From the NCBI RefSeq assembly GCF_035084215.1, contig NC_090336.1, positions 39,060,001-39,124,000 on the forward strand: DNA of 64,000 bases, written 5' to 3'. The notes below the pieces were generated by a model that saw nothing but the letters and a program-made list of their open reading frames with translations, did no database searches and was not told the origin of the DNA. The stretch comes from Heptranchias perlo (taxonomy: Eukaryota). The position numbers were made by a program, and so were the translations under genes. Each line of letters starts with the position of its first letter. Positions within the stretch are counted from its first letter, which is position 1. This document shows positions 1 through 13,094 of the stretch, in pieces.

Positions 1-345
1 TGATAGGGTTGATGTAGAGATGATGTTTCCACTTGTGGGGGAGACTAGAACAAGGGGCCATAAATATAAGATAGTCACTAATCAATCCAATAGGGAATTC
101 AGGAGAAACTTCTTTACCCAGAGAGTGGTTAGAATGTGGAACTGGCTACCAGAAAGGGTAATTGAGGCGACGAGCATAGATGCATTTAAGAGGAAGCTGG
201 ATAAATACATGAGGGAGAAAGGAATAGAAGGATATGCTGATAGGGTTAGATGAAGTCGGGAGGGAGGAGGCTCGTGCAGAGCATAAACACTGGCATGGAC
301 CTGTTGGGCCGAATGGCCTGTTACTGTGGTGTACATTCCATGAAT
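1..345 (+). mobile_element. CR1/HER1-type LINE 3' end (ORF2 C-terminus and 3' UTR)
   Basis: ORF 20-253 has the CR1 C-terminal motif TRGH-K...RRNFFTQRVVRMWNWLP...FKRKLD, followed by the 3' stem-loop 'gggccgaatggcct'. Confidence 0.9.
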
Positions 346-659
346 AATGTGGCAATTCAGGTTACTCACAGGCTTGTTGTTGACAGCTACAATTCTAATC
401 TCTTTCTTTCTATTTTGTGTCAATATTTCATCTCCCAAAGCTGGGAGATTGTGGCAGGTTGCCAATAGCACACGTGCTTTGCAAGTGGTGAATGGATCGC
501 AATCCAGATTGCAGTCTATATTGGGCTGCTCAGCCAATCTCCGGTGCTTGGTTAATTTTAGTGGTGCATTTTGTAGTTTGTTTATTTAGATACATACTGG
601 TGTGATTCTGAAGTGTTTTAGAGTCAGAATTGGTGGTTGTAATGCATAACTGCTTCTTA

Positions 660-2122
660 ACCCCCTGGAGGCAATGCTCATCTTGACCTGGCATTGGTTA
701 ATAATCTAGAAAATGTACAAAACATGGAAGTCATAGCACCTCTGGGAGTCAGTGACCACAGAGTGATAAAGTTTAACATTATCTGGGAGTCAAAATTCCT
801 AAGATCAGGAGCTAGGCACATATTTAAAAGAGTTAAATTCAATAAAATGCGGGAACAACTAAAGCAAATAAAATTAGGGGAGGTTGTTCAACAGCTCTTC
901 AGAGGAAGACAAATCACCTTTTTTTAGAAAGAAAGATATAGAGGGTAATTTTCACCTTCAACACCTGAGCTGTAATCATGCCAGTCCTTTGTAGAACCCT
1001 TCCGATTTTCATCCCATTAAAATCTGGCCACGCTAGATTATCACCCAAGCAGTGAAAGTGAAAATAGCCTGTTCGAACCTTGAGGAGAGAAAGGAGGGCC
1101 TCACTGGGAATAATACGAAAAAATGCAGAAACGTGTTAAAAGGGTGATTAGAAGGGCCAGGAGAGACCTGGAAAGAGAAGTAGCAGCCAAAGCTAAGTTT
1201 AACAATAAAAAGTTATTTCCAAAGTATAACAGCAAGCGGGCAGTAGGAGGAGAGGTGTAAACCGTAAAAGAACAAATGGACTTGGAACTCAGGATGAGCA
1301 TAAAATAGTAAATATTATAAATGAATATTTCCTCCAAGTATTCACAAGGGAAGACATGAGCAACATGTCCTCTCCAGAAAGGGATATCTCAAGCAAAATC
1401 AATGACTTCCTTATGAATGAGATGGAATCCTAGACATGCTAATTGAGCTCAAAACAAATAAATTCCCAGGGATAGGTAGTAAGTATTTATCCCAGATTGT
1501 TAAGAGAGACTAGGAAGGAAATTGTGAGGCAGTGATGATCATTATAAAGGAGTCAATGGACAATAGGAAGGTACCAGTAGATTGGAAACAGTCTAATGTT
1601 GCACCCATAATCCAAAAAGGATGATACAGGCAGCTATAGACTGAATAGCGTTCCTTCCATTCCATGTAAAATAATGGAATTGATTATCAGGAGTAACCTT
1701 TAAGGATCAATATAACAATAGCCTTGTTAACAGCAGTGAACATAGCTTCAAAGGGGAGCGGTCCTGCCTGACCAACCTCCTCAACTTCTTTGACAAAATG
1801 ATAACCTAAGTGGATTGTGATGAGCCCATGATGTGGTGTACCTCGTCTTCCAAGAGACTTTTGATAAAGTTCCACATGAAAGGCTATTAATTAAACTCAA
1901 ATCTGTGGGGATTCGGGGTAAACCTTGGGAATGAATAAGAAACTGGCTGAAAGGCAGGAAACAACTAGTATTCATTAGAGGAAGTATGTCAGTCTTGGGT
2001 GGGGGGAGCGGTACAGAGTACCGAGAGCCATTGCTGGAACCACTACAGTTCCTAATTAGCATAAATAACTTGAATTCAGAAACCCTGTGTAAAGTTGTCA
2101 AATTTACAAATGTTACCAAACT
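660..2122 (+). mobile_element. Highly decayed CR1-like LINE ORF2 fragment (end of endonuclease to RT)
   Basis: PLGVSDH (endonuclease SDH motif) in ORF 694-927. Downstream DNA resembles CR1 RT ('gattggaaacagtctaatgttgcaccc', 'tcctgcctgaccaacctcc', 'tttgataaagttccacat', 'aaatttacaaatgttaccaaac') with many stops and frameshifts. Confidence 0.75.
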
Positions 2123-3159
2123 TTTGATGGGGGGGGGGGTTGGGGGAGTGTGTAAATAGAATGTAGGAAGACAGGATTCTAATTAAACTTGGTTTGTATG
2201 GTATCATTTTTCTGGTGTGGAATTAGTCTTTGAAAATGGTGAGGTAACTCCACACAACCATTACAATTGTTTACAGAGAATACTCTTTCACCTAACACAA
2301 ACTTTCATAGAGATTTGCTTTCATGTTGAGGAGAGCCAGTGGTTAGCATTATTGTGTTGGAAATTACTGAGCTAAAGAAACAGAAGCTTTCTCTGAATTC
2401 CTGGCTCTTTATGTGTAGCAAAATTTTATTCACCAATGTGTTTGTCATTTAGCTTCTATTTGGTTACACTGCTTTTATTTCTTTTTGACTGAAAATATAA
2501 CTCTTATTTGGATATGTTGGGCAGGGTTCTCTGCAGCCCAGCGTAACCACAGCAGACATAGGTGGGAAATCCACTTAATGTCTTTCCCCTCTGCCCTTAC
2601 CCATACACTAATTGACAAGGGATGTAAACTACATCCACCCCAATATGGGCAGGCAATTCCAAATTCAATGCAAATAATAGGAATGAATTGTATAATCATT
2701 TATGCTGGAACCTTGGCATTCAGGATTGCGATGATGGAGGTTAACTTTTGTGCTTAACTGGAACAGACTACATTAACTTTCTAATCCGGGATGTGTTGTT
2801 GAGCGAACAACTGAGTGATACAGAAAGGGAGTGACATTGAAGGGGCAGTTAGTTACCATGTATCACACTTAGGCAACCTCCAGCATCCAACATAAAAGCA
2901 ACATTGCAGAGATCTGGAGCATGATTTTTACTTGGAGCCGGGAATTGAGGGGGTGGGTAGATTACCGGGTGGAAAACCCAGAAGTAAAGCGTGTGAGTCG
3001 GAATCTGCGATCGCAACTCAGTTGAAAGCAGTTATTTTTGCTTCCGGTTTTCCTGGGCGATAGCCAGCCAGATTGACAGGCTGCTGTCTATTGGGAGGGA
3101 AAGCAACGGGGGAGCGAATGCCAGGTAGATCCAAGATCGGGGGTGGGGTGGGGGGGGAG

Positions 3160-3277
3160 GTGCTCAGAGACATTGCCGGTGGAGGGGGGTGTCAGAGACA
3201 TTGCTGGCGGTGGGGGGAGCTCAGAGACATTGCTGGCGGTGGGGGGAGCTCAGAGACATTGCCGGTGGAGGGGGGTC
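3160..3277 (+). repeat. G-rich ~30-bp tandem repeat (about 4 copies)
   Basis: Repeated 'tcagagacattgc(t/c)ggcggtgggggg'. Confidence 0.85.
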
Positions 3278-3469
3278 GGCCATCGGGGCAGGATCTCAGA
3301 GTGAATGTTGGTTTAAATCCTAACCAGCGATTTCTGAGATGGGAGCGGTTGGGGTTGAATGAGAATTTGTGATCCTATGGCAGAATTTCTGTTCAGGGGT
3401 GGGGAGGAGAAGGTTTGTTGCCCTATCCTGGAATTTCTGCTATGTGTTTGTGGTCCAATGCTGTGGGGA

Positions 3470-3630
3470 TGCATTTGGACTTCTTTTTCGGATACAAAAA
3501 GAATCAAGGGATGTGGGAACGGGGCAGGAAAGTGGAGTTGAGGTAGAAAATTAACCATGACCTTATTGAATGGCGGAGCAGACTCGAGGGGCCGCTTGGC
3601 CTACCCCTGCTCCTAGTTCTTATGTTCTTA
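3470..3630 (+). mobile_element. CR1/HER1 3' tail fragment
   Basis: 'aagggatgtggg...gcaggaaagtggagttgaggt...gaatggcggagcagactcgaggggcc...tggcctacccctgctcctagttcttatgttctta', matching other CR1 tails in the window (e.g. 60580-60695). Confidence 0.85.
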
Positions 3631-3912
3631 TGGGCATTTTTTGAGGGGGTTGTTCTTGGATATATAGTCATTTGCTTGGTTCCAGATTTTTGCCGAGTGA
3701 GTGGGGTTTGATTTGTTTTTTTTTACTTCGTTGAATGGGGCCACATTTATTATTCTACCAGGGGATGTAGAAGGTGATGCAATGGTGGTGCTGCGGGGGA
3801 GAGATTTATTTTCATTGGTTGCAGTTTTGCCAGTTGATCTCCCATGGCATTGCACACGGGGAGTCAAAACCAATGAAACTTTTCAGGTCAACCAAGGGAG
3901 ATAATTGAACCA

Positions 3913-4200
3913 AGACAGGGAGGGGAGGGGTGAGAGAAAGGGAGAGGGTGAGAACAGTGAAGGCAGACTGAGTGAGGGGGAGAGGAAGGGTAGGGAAGGA
4001 AGAGGCAGCGAGGGGGAAGAATGGGGAGGAGAGTAGAGAGCGGAGAGATGGTGAGGACAGGACAGGGGTGGGGTGAGGGAGAGATGAGGGGAGAGGAAGG
4101 TGGTAAGGGAGAGGAGAGAGGGAAAACGAAAGAGGAGGGGAGGAATAGAGGGAGGAGGAGAGAAGGGGGAGAGGGGGACGTGTAGAGGATGGGGCAATGA
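3913..4200 (+). repeat. Purine-rich (GA/GGA) low-complexity tract
   Basis: Almost entirely G and A; this explains the Pro/Ser/Leu-rich minus-strand ORF. Confidence 0.85.
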
Positions 4201-7106
4201 GACAGGAGCTTGAAGTATATCAGATTTCTGGATGGGGTGTCTTGGTGCTTCCCAAGAACTCAGCAACAAGTCCGAATGGTAGTTTCCTCGGCAGGTTGGA
4301 AGTTTGCCCAGCTATTTGCAGGACACAAACACCTGCCGCCAGCCACAAGTGGATTTCAAGTCGATTTGCTAACAAACTTTTTCACTCATTTTTGGTTGAC
4401 TTCTGTGTTTCACGTTATTTGGGATTTATTCTTTGGGATCGCCTATTGCTCTGAGGATTCTACTGTTGATTCTGTCTGTTTCCACCATCCTGGATTTCCA
4501 CGGACGTTTGCTCTTTGCAGGTTGCACATCTTGCTGTACTTTTACGGTATTCTACACTTCCTTATGTTTACAAAGAACTTTAGGTTTTTTATTACTGACC
4601 GTTCGTTGGTGGGGAGAAGCCGGCAGACCAACATATACCAATATTAAACAAGGAAAGACTTGCAGTCAACATACTGAAGTTGAGTAGGGAATCATTGGGA
4701 GCCACCAGCACTTCGCACCCGCTGCAGTACATGCCAGTCTGCATTGAGGCTGCACGGGGAGGAGGGCGTGAAGAGTTGGCTCCAGATTCAGACCAGGAAT
4801 AACGAACATATACCAGAGTGAGCAGGAGAGAAGTGATTGGATTATCAGTGCAATATAAGTACCATTCATATTTTGAACTCCCTAACAGCACCAGCACTAG
4901 CATTAGCATTAAAAGATGAAAAGCACAACAGATGACCCCGGCAATTATTTTCTGTTGCATGTGGGAAATGTGGTGGATTCAATCCAAGGGCCTGTCAACC
5001 ACTGCTGAGGGAAGACTCAGCTGAGGAAAAAGAAGGACCTTTAGGAACTCTGGTGTGGAAAGTAGATTTATTATTGGAGCTGGTTTGCGGTCGTGCTGAA
5101 AAAAGCTGATATTTTAACCTCTCACCCGCCCTCAACCCACCCATTCTTTGGGGTTAAAATGACCCCCTGGAATCAGATTGCCTTTCTGCTTCTGGTTTGA
5201 AGGATGGTTATTTGGGGTAGGATGAAACTTTTTATTAGAATGAAGTATGAATAAATATGTTATTGTTCAATACTTCGATTTGTTGAACAGACTTCTCATA
5301 TTTTTTGTTTTGTTCAGTTTGTTAACATGCTATTTCAGAAATTGACAATGCACTTGAGTAGATGCATGAGCCACTGAGGGCTTTGTGTTGCATTGTGTTT
5401 GAGTTAATGTAGCAGGAACTGTAAAATATCCCAGCTTCTTACTCTTTGTACTCAGTGCATTCATAGAATATGTAATAGTAATTCTTTCCTGGCAGTATGT
5501 TATTTCTGTGCAATTTCTATGCATTGTTTAAAACTTCTTTCTGAAGAGATTTAAAAAAGTGTCTGGTAAATGTTTTCTAAACTGTGGAGAAAATGCCTTG
5601 TGATAGGAATCCAAGGACATAGAGAGGCACAGATTAAATCAGTGTTTCTAATTCAGTTCTGTGAGATAGCAAGCAGATCATTTCTAGGTCATTGAAATCT
5701 TTAGATATTTCGAGTATAATCATTTAAAATAATCTTTCACCCTTTTGCCCGATCACATCACTAAGCAATCATACAAGGTAATCCTTTTCCATTCTGCTGT
5801 CCGCAGATACAGATGAGGAGGTTATAATATAGTTTTTCTTTATGAAACACTGAATAATGAATGGATTTGTAGACAAATCAAATATTACATATTCCAAAAC
5901 CACAAAATTGCTTCCCTGACTTTACATTATCAGCAGGAAGTCGCAGGCTGTACTTTCCATATCTTCATCTGAAATGATTGTTTCCACAAAATTATTACTT
6001 TGAGAGCTCTTAGGATGAAGATCATATGGTTGAGGAGCCGAGAAAATGAGTTTGCTGTTTTGTATCGGAGAGTGAAGGCTTTTTTGCTCACATGTGCGCA
6101 GGTTAATGTGGGAGATCTTATAGGCTCCGCTGTGTGATACAGTGGTTATCAAACATTTGTGGGTTGTACCATAATTCATGTGCAGGTTATAAAGAAATCT
6201 GAAAATGTTTTATATTGAGATCTGTGTAAGAGACTAGATGTACAGCACTTTTTCAAGTACTGTATTGGAGTTCATCAAGTTGATCATGATAGGGAGGTTT
6301 TAAAATTTGTGCCAGCAGTGAAACCACTCAATTGTTCAAGACAATGAATGTGAAGATGAACAGCAGTGGAATTTCTTCAGTAACCGCATACTAATCCATA
6401 ACATGCCATGAATAACTTCTAGAAAACAATGCCCGCTCATTGTATAATGAGAGTAAATCAATAGAATAAGAGCCACATACCACTTCCACTGGGGCTGCAT
6501 TAATACAGTTCTTCTCTTACAGAGACAAGGTGCAAACAGTGTGCTGTCATGGACACTCCCCCCAAAGGCACGGGTGTCAGTAGCTATATCAACAGCTGTG
6601 ACTTATGTTGATCCATGACATAATGAATATGCACCGTTGAAGTATGCCGTACTTATCTCAAAGATGCTTCTGTCCTCTGGACTCTTGGTCTTACTAATTA
6701 TTTGCATGGTAACATCTTGTCACTTTTTCTCCTCGTTCCCCTCTTGCCCCAACCCCCAAAAAGAGCTTTAACATTTTTTCAGTAACCTAATCAGTCCAGC
6801 TTTGCACCGGAATTAAAATATTGGAGGAGATTTTACGATTGTTTATGGAAATTCATTTAAAGAGCCCTATTGTAAGATTAGTAGCAGCATTTTGAGGCTA
6901 TTTCTCAATCTTTGCACTTGCCTTTTTTTTGTTAATTTCCTGTTTCCACTTAGTTGGTCTTTTTCTTCTGGTGAGCTGTCAATCTGAAGCCTGATATGTG
7001 CTGAGAGTTTTTCATGTAAATTAAGCTGACCCTGCAAAATCAGGCAGGATCAGCATGTACTGTTAATGCCTGTTTGGAGGCTTGATTGGAAAATCAACCC
7101 TATTAA

Positions 7107-7296
7107 GTGCCTTTGTGGTTGAGTTGGTAGCACCCTCACCTCAAAGCTGTGGGTTCAAGCCCCATTACCAGCTTGACAGGCTGACACTTCGGTGCACTCC
7201 TGAAGGGGTGCTGTATTATCAGAGTTGCCATTTTTTTTTGGATGAGACGTTAAACTGAGCCCCATACGCTGCTCAGCTGGACGTAAAAGATCACAG
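7107..7296 (+). mobile_element. tRNA-derived Deu-domain SINE (SacSINE1-like), 5' part
   Basis: A-box-like 'tggttgagttggt', B-box 'ggttcaagccc', then Deu-domain-like 'ggatgagacgttaaactgagcccc...ggacgtaaaagatc'. It continues at about 10470. Confidence 0.75.
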
Positions 7297-7851
7297 GGGT
7301 AATTTTAACCCTACCTGCCTGGAAAAAATTGGGCAGCTGGATGTTAAAATTGTCCTGGTCACTTATCGACCTTGGAACCGCTGGAAGCTGACCTATTTTA
7401 ACCTGCTGCACTGAGCGAGCGGTGAGGACACCTGCCCAAAGCCAGCGAGGTCCTTTTTAACATGTGTCCTGATGATATGATCAGGATCTGAATGCAATTT
7501 TTATTAGACCACAGCAGGAAGCAACAGTGAGCTTCCAACTAGGCCAACCCACTGTGGCAGTGGATCGAGGCCCGAAAAGATCAATTAAAATGTTTTCTTA
7601 AATTTCGTCTGCAGGCAGTGCAGGAGTACTCCTCCAGGCCACACAAGGAAATCATAGCCCCCCCCCCCTCCCCTCCCCGATCGTGGGAACCCCACAGGAT
7701 GACTCTGCAGCTGATCCCACCGCTTACCTGCTTCGAGGGTGGCTTCGGGGCCGCGCAGATTTCCACCACTTCCCACCAAATTCCCTCCCAGAATTGGTGT
7801 GAATTGGGATAGAAAGCATGAAATGAGGCCTGGGAGTTTAAAAAAAAAGTC
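7297..7851. mobile_element. Harbinger-type MITE inserted in the SINE and itself interrupted by a LINE
   Basis: Starts 'gggtaattttaacc'. The subterminal 'atgaggcctgggagtttaaaa' resembles 63393-63420, and the terminal '...ttaaaaaatgtccc' lies after the LINE at about 10468. Confidence 0.5.
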
Positions 7852-10452
7852 ATAAGAATAAAACTGGACGGACCACTAGGCACCGGACAGGATAACGGCA
7901 AACCAAGCCCAGTTGACCCTGCAAAGTCCTCCCCACGAACATCTGGGGACTTGTGCCAAAATTGGGAGAGCTGCAACAGCCTGACATAGCCATACTCACA
8001 GAATCATACCTTTCAGCTAATGTCCCAGACTCTTCCATCACCATCCCTGGGTAAGTCCTGTCCCACTGGCAGGACAGACTGACCAGAGGTGGCGGTACAG
8101 TGATATACAGTCAGGAGGGAGTGGCCCTGGGAGTCCTCAACAATGACTCTGGACCCCATGAAATCTCATGGCATCAGGTCGAACATGGGCAAGGAAACCT
8201 CCTGCTGATTACCACCTACCGTCCTCCCTCAGCTGATGAATCAGTCCTCCACCATGTTGAACACCACTTGGAGGAAGCACTGAGGGTAGCAAAGGCACAG
8301 AATGTACTCTGGGTGGGGGACTTCAATGTCCATCACCAAGAGTGGCTCGGTAGCACCATTACTGACCGAGCTGGCCGAGTCCTGAAGGACACAGCTGCCA
8401 GACTGGGCCTGGGGCAGGTGGTGAGCGAACCAACACGAGGGAAAAACTTACTTGACCTCGTCCTCACCAATCTACCTGTCGCAAATGCATCTGTCCATGA
8501 CAGTATTGGTAGGAGTGACCACCGCACAGTCCTCGTGGAGACGAAGTCCAGTCTTCGCACTGAGGATACGAGCCAACGTGTTGTATGGCACTACCACCGT
8601 GCTAAATGGGATAGATTCAGAACAGATCTAGCAGCTCAAAACTGGGCATCCATGAGGTGCTGTGGGCCATCAGCAGCAGCAGAATTGTATTCCAGCACAA
8701 TCTGTAGCCTCATGGCCCGGCATATTCCTCCCTCTACCATTACCAACAAGCCAGGGGATCAACCCTGGTTCAATGAGGAGTGTAGAAGAGCATGCCAGGA
8801 GCAGCACCAGGCGTACCTAAAAATGAGGTGCCAACCCAGTGAAGCTACAACAGAGGACTACATGCATGCTAAACAGCGGAAGCAACATGCTATAGACAGA
8901 GCCAAGTGATTCCACAACCAAGGGATCAGATAAAAGCTCTGCAGTCCTGCCACATCCAGTCGTGAATGGTGGTGGACAATTAAACAACTAACGGGAGGAG
9001 GAGGCTCTGTAAACATCCCCATCCTCAATGATGGCGGAGTCCAGCACGTGAGTGCAAAAGATAAGGCTGAAGTGTTTGCAACCATCTTCAGCCAGAAGTG
9101 CTGAGTGGATGATCCATCTCGGCCTCCTCCCGATATCCCAACCATCACAGAAGCCAGTCTTCAGCCAATTCGATTCACTCCACGTGCTATCAAGAAACGG
9201 CTGAGTGCACTGGATACAGCAAAGGCTATGGGCCCCGACAACATCCCGGCTGTAGTGCTGAAGACTCCTGTTCCAGAACTAGCCGTGCCTCTAGCCAAGC
9301 TGTTCCAGTACAGCTACAAAACTGGCATCTACCCGACAATGTGGAAAATTGCCCATGTATGTCCTGTCCACAAAAAGCAGGACAAATCCAATCCGGCCAA
9401 TTACCGCCCCATCAGTCTACTCTCAATCATCAACAAAGTGATGGAAGGTGTCGTCGACAGTGCTATCAAGCAGCACTTACTCACCAATAACCTGCTCACT
9501 GATGCTCAGTTTGGGTTCCGCCAGGACCACTCGGCTCCAGACCTCATTACAGACTTGGTCCAAACATGGACAAAAGAGCTGAATTCCAGAGGTGAGGTGA
9601 GAGTGACTGCCCTTGACATCAAGGCAGCATTTGACTGAGTGTGGCACCAAGGAGCCCTAGTAAAATTGAAGTCAATGGGAATCAGGGAGAAAACTCTCCA
9701 GTGGCTGGAGTCATACCTAGCACAAAGGAAGATGGTAATGGTTGTTGGAGGCCAATCATCTCAGCCCCAGGGCATTGCTGCAGGAGTTCCTCAGGGCAGT
9801 GTCCTCGGCCCAACCATCTTCAGCTGCTTCATCAATGACCTTCCCTCCATCATCAGGTCAGAAAAGGGATGTTTGCTGATGATTGCACAGTGTTCAGTTC
9901 CATTCGCAACCCCTCAAATAATGAAGCAGTCCGAGCCCGCCTGCAGCAAGACCTGGACAACATCCAGGCGTGGGCTGATAAGTGGCAAGTAACATTCGCG
10001 CCAGACAAGTGCCAGGCAATGACCATCTCCAACAAGAGAGAGTCTAACCACCTCCCCTTGACATTCAATGGCATTACCATCGCTGAAGTGGCTGCAGTGT
10101 GTACCATCCACAGGATGCACTGCAGCAACTCGCCAAGGCTTCTTCGTCAGCACCTCCCAAACCTGCGACCTCCACTACCTAGAAGGACAAGAGCAGCAGG
10201 TACATGGGAACAACACCAACTGCACGTTCCCCTCCAAGTCACACACCACCCCGACTTGGAAATATATCGCCGTTCCTTCATCGTCGCTGGATCAAAATCC
10301 TGGAACTTCCTTGCTAACAGCACTGTGGGAGAACCTTCACCACACGGACTGCAGCGGTTCAAGAAGGCGGCTCACCACCACCTTCTCAAGGGCAATTAGG
10401 GATGGGCAATAAATGCTGGCCTTGCCAGCGACGCCCACATCCCGTGAGCGAA
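7852..10452 (+). mobile_element. APE-RT LINE (CR1-clade-like, family distinct from HER1), near full length, with stops, frameshifts and an internal 3' deletion
   Basis: Endonuclease motifs TYRPP, WVGDFN, LDLVLTN and SDH (8100-8909); RT motifs KAMGPDNIP, NYRPISLL, QFGFR, ALDIKAAFD, GVPQGSVLGP and FADD. The 3' UTR ends 'gggatgggcaataaatgctggccttgccagcgacgcccacatccc'. Similar flanks 'tttaaaaaa..gtc' on both sides suggest a TSD. Confidence 0.93.
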
Positions 10453-10468
10453 TTTTAAAAAATGTCCC

Positions 10469-10610
10469 AGGCCTCTTTGCTATTCGATGAAGAGCAGAGA
10501 GCTCTCTGTGTCCCATCCAATATTCTTCTCTCAAATAACACCACCCAAAACACGTTACTTGTTTATTCATCGCATTTACTGTTTGTGGGACCTTGCTGCA
10601 AATTACCTAG
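10469..10610 (+). mobile_element. Deu-domain SINE, continuation of 7107-7296
   Basis: 'ctattcgatgaagagcag...tgtcccatccaatatt...ctgtttgtgggaccttgctg' is colinear with the intact minus-strand copy at 19935-20293. Confidence 0.7.
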
Positions 10611-11423
10611 CTTTCAAGAGAACAGCGTCCACGACACCACACAACCCTGCCACGGTAACCTCTGCAAGACATGCCAGATCATCGACACAGATACCACCAT
10701 CACACGAGAGGACACCACCCACCAGGTGCATGGTTCATACTCCTGTGACTCGGCCAACGTTGTCTACCTCATACGTTGCAGGAAAGGATGCCCCAGAGCA
10801 TGGTACATTGGCGAGACCATGCAGACGCTGCGACAACGGATGAACGGACACCGCGCAACAATCGCCAGACAGGAGGGTTCCCTCCCAGTCGGGGAACACT
10901 TCAGCAGTCAGGGACATTCATCCACCGACCTTCGGGTAAGCGTACTCCAAGGCGGCCTTCGAGACACACGACAATGCAAAATCGTCGAGCAGAAATTGAT
11001 AGCCAAGTTCCGCACCCATGAGGACGGCCTCAACCGGGATCTTGGGTTCATGTCACGCTACACGTTACCCCACCAGCGAACAAATGTTATCTGTTTTTAA
11101 TATAACGGGTCAGTTGCTGTCTTTTCTATGTTTCTACCTCTCTATCTCTGTTTTTTTTTGTTTGTTGTTTTTTTTTTGGTGATTTGTATATTCTGAGACC
11201 TTGCAGGTAACACCTGTCTGTCTGCACACTGATTGCCTTGGCAACGGGCAGTTGAAAAAACTGTCTGTAATCACCAAGCATTGTTCTGTGAATTATAAAT
11301 GCGATTTCATTTCGAGGATTTCATTTCGTTCACCTGAGGAAGGAGGAAGCCTCCGAAAGCTTGTGAATTTAAAATAAAATTGCTGGACTATAACTTGGTG
11401 TTGTAAAATTGTTTATAATTGTT
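10611..11423 (+). mobile_element. Penelope-like element 3' fragment: GIY-YIG endonuclease plus terminal repeat with hammerhead
   Basis: Translation shows C-x4-CKTC, then VVYLIRC-x2-GC...WYIGET...LRQRMNGH...VGEHF...GH...E-KLI-KF-T...GLN, typical of PLE GIY-YIG domains. Stop at 11100, then a 3' UTR with a hammerhead core. Confidence 0.92.
11329..11367 (+). ncRNA. Minimal type I hammerhead ribozyme (PLE-associated)
   Basis: ttcac-CTGAGGA-a-ggagg(aag)cctcc-GAAA-gctt-gtgaa: stem I ttcac/gtgaa, stem II ggagg/cctcc, intact core, palindromic AAGCTT in place of stem III. Confidence 0.8.
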
Positions 11424-13094
11424 ATAGGTTCTGGATGACAATGAGAGAGATCACAGACTGAGCAAATTGTTTGATTTCTTTGTTTAAATCAACAGAAGAA
11501 AAATATTTTTTCCTCTAGGTTTCCTTTTGTTTAGTTTTTTTTTGGAGTGAAGGCTCAATGATCAATTATCTGTAGCACTTTAATCTATTATTCAGATAAA
11601 GCAAGCTATGAATTAATCAGCGTGCAGTGTGCACTGTGACCCAGATTTATGTTGCACTATACCCATTTATACAGATCACCTGCTTGGACAATTGTCTGAA
11701 ACAAGCCATATCAATTTTTCTTTTTCAAAATGCAATATAAGGTATTGTTTCAAAATACAAATCATTAAAGCTTTGAGGAAAGAGGAGGTTCCTTGACATT
11801 TTTCTATGTCGTTTATTCATGACGAAAGACTGTTTGACTGTTTCGGCAGGGATGCACTCTGAACTGTATTAGAAATCATAACTGACCTGAATTTGCTGTA
11901 ACAGAAATTTATCACAGTGAAAACTTTAAAAGCTGGTCCAAATGGCTCTGTCTGATATTCATGTGGGCTCATTCACAATGTGACAATGGAGTGCAACCTG
12001 AAGTCCAAGCATTCCTGTGAAGGCCTAGCTGAAGACTCCCTATTTGTGCACATGTGGAAATCTATTTTGCTCCCAATGTGTGTAAAAGCTACATTGTTCG
12101 AATCTGTACACGTGTATTAATAATACCATTAGCTTCACCACTGGGAGAAAATGTATTTTTAAAAAATCGATGGCAGAAGAAAAAAGCCCTGCTGTAGAAG
12201 CTGCTCTCTCACTCCTTGTGATTGGCTCAGATTGCCCTTAGTGGAGGCTAGGGGCAGGTTCCTCGCCCTCCATATGGAGATTGCCAACAGTAGGCGATAT
12301 TGGCTGCAAGGGATAGTGATAGAGCAGTTCTGTGGTAAATGATCCTAAGGTGTCAGACTCCCCATAGAGCACAAGAATGATGTTTCTCTGCAGTTATTAA
12401 ATAATAGTTAGGTTTGGTCTGCTTCCAGTAAGAGCCACCCACCTCAACAGCCATCTAGTGGTTGTATTTGTGGGAAAAATTGGCACAGGGTATGCCCAAG
12501 GTAGGAAGTTACAACTATTTGATGTAAGAAGACCAGCAGGACAGCATGGTATATACAGGCATTCATTAATCCTGGGGTAGCCTGAAATATAAATTTCTGT
12601 CATCACTATGTGTGGTGAATCCTAACTTGAGAGTTAAAACATGACAACAGCAGAAGATTAAATGGTAAAATTGCAAATTAGAAGATAGGCAGTTGGCTCC
12701 AGCACTCCAGAGTTAGCAGGCCATTTCCAACGACACTTCCTAATTATGCTATTAGTTACTGTGTCTATCAAAATAAGAATAGCTTCTTGTGAATTTAATT
12801 CCAAAACTCTGCTTTCTGTAGCAGACACCTGTTGGATGGTTATATTGGATGAGATCCGTATTGTCTATAATGGAATCATTTACAAATAGATACAGAAGCT
12901 ACTAGAAAATCAATTGTATAATTGATCTTTTCAATGCTAATAATCCTATCAGTGATCATTTTAAGTCACTTTCTATAAATAAAATTAACTTTTATTCAAT
13001 CTTGCGCTTTACTTTTGTAACAACACAACAGTTCGAATGTGATTAGAGATTACAGATGCATGAACAACTTTTCCATTGGCAAGAATAAACTTAT

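Noticed and set aside
4197-4960. ORFs of 85-145 aa as host exons
   Set aside because: No recognisable domain or clean splice pair; possibly part of a very old Harbinger remnant ending near 5166, which I cannot support well.
7852-7945. Possible HDV-like ribozyme in the LINE 5' end
   Set aside because: I could not build the nested double pseudoknot by eye; it needs a motif search.
10462-10610. N-terminal part of the 212-aa ORF as a real protein start
   Set aside because: It is SINE sequence that happens to be in frame with the GIY-YIG fragment.
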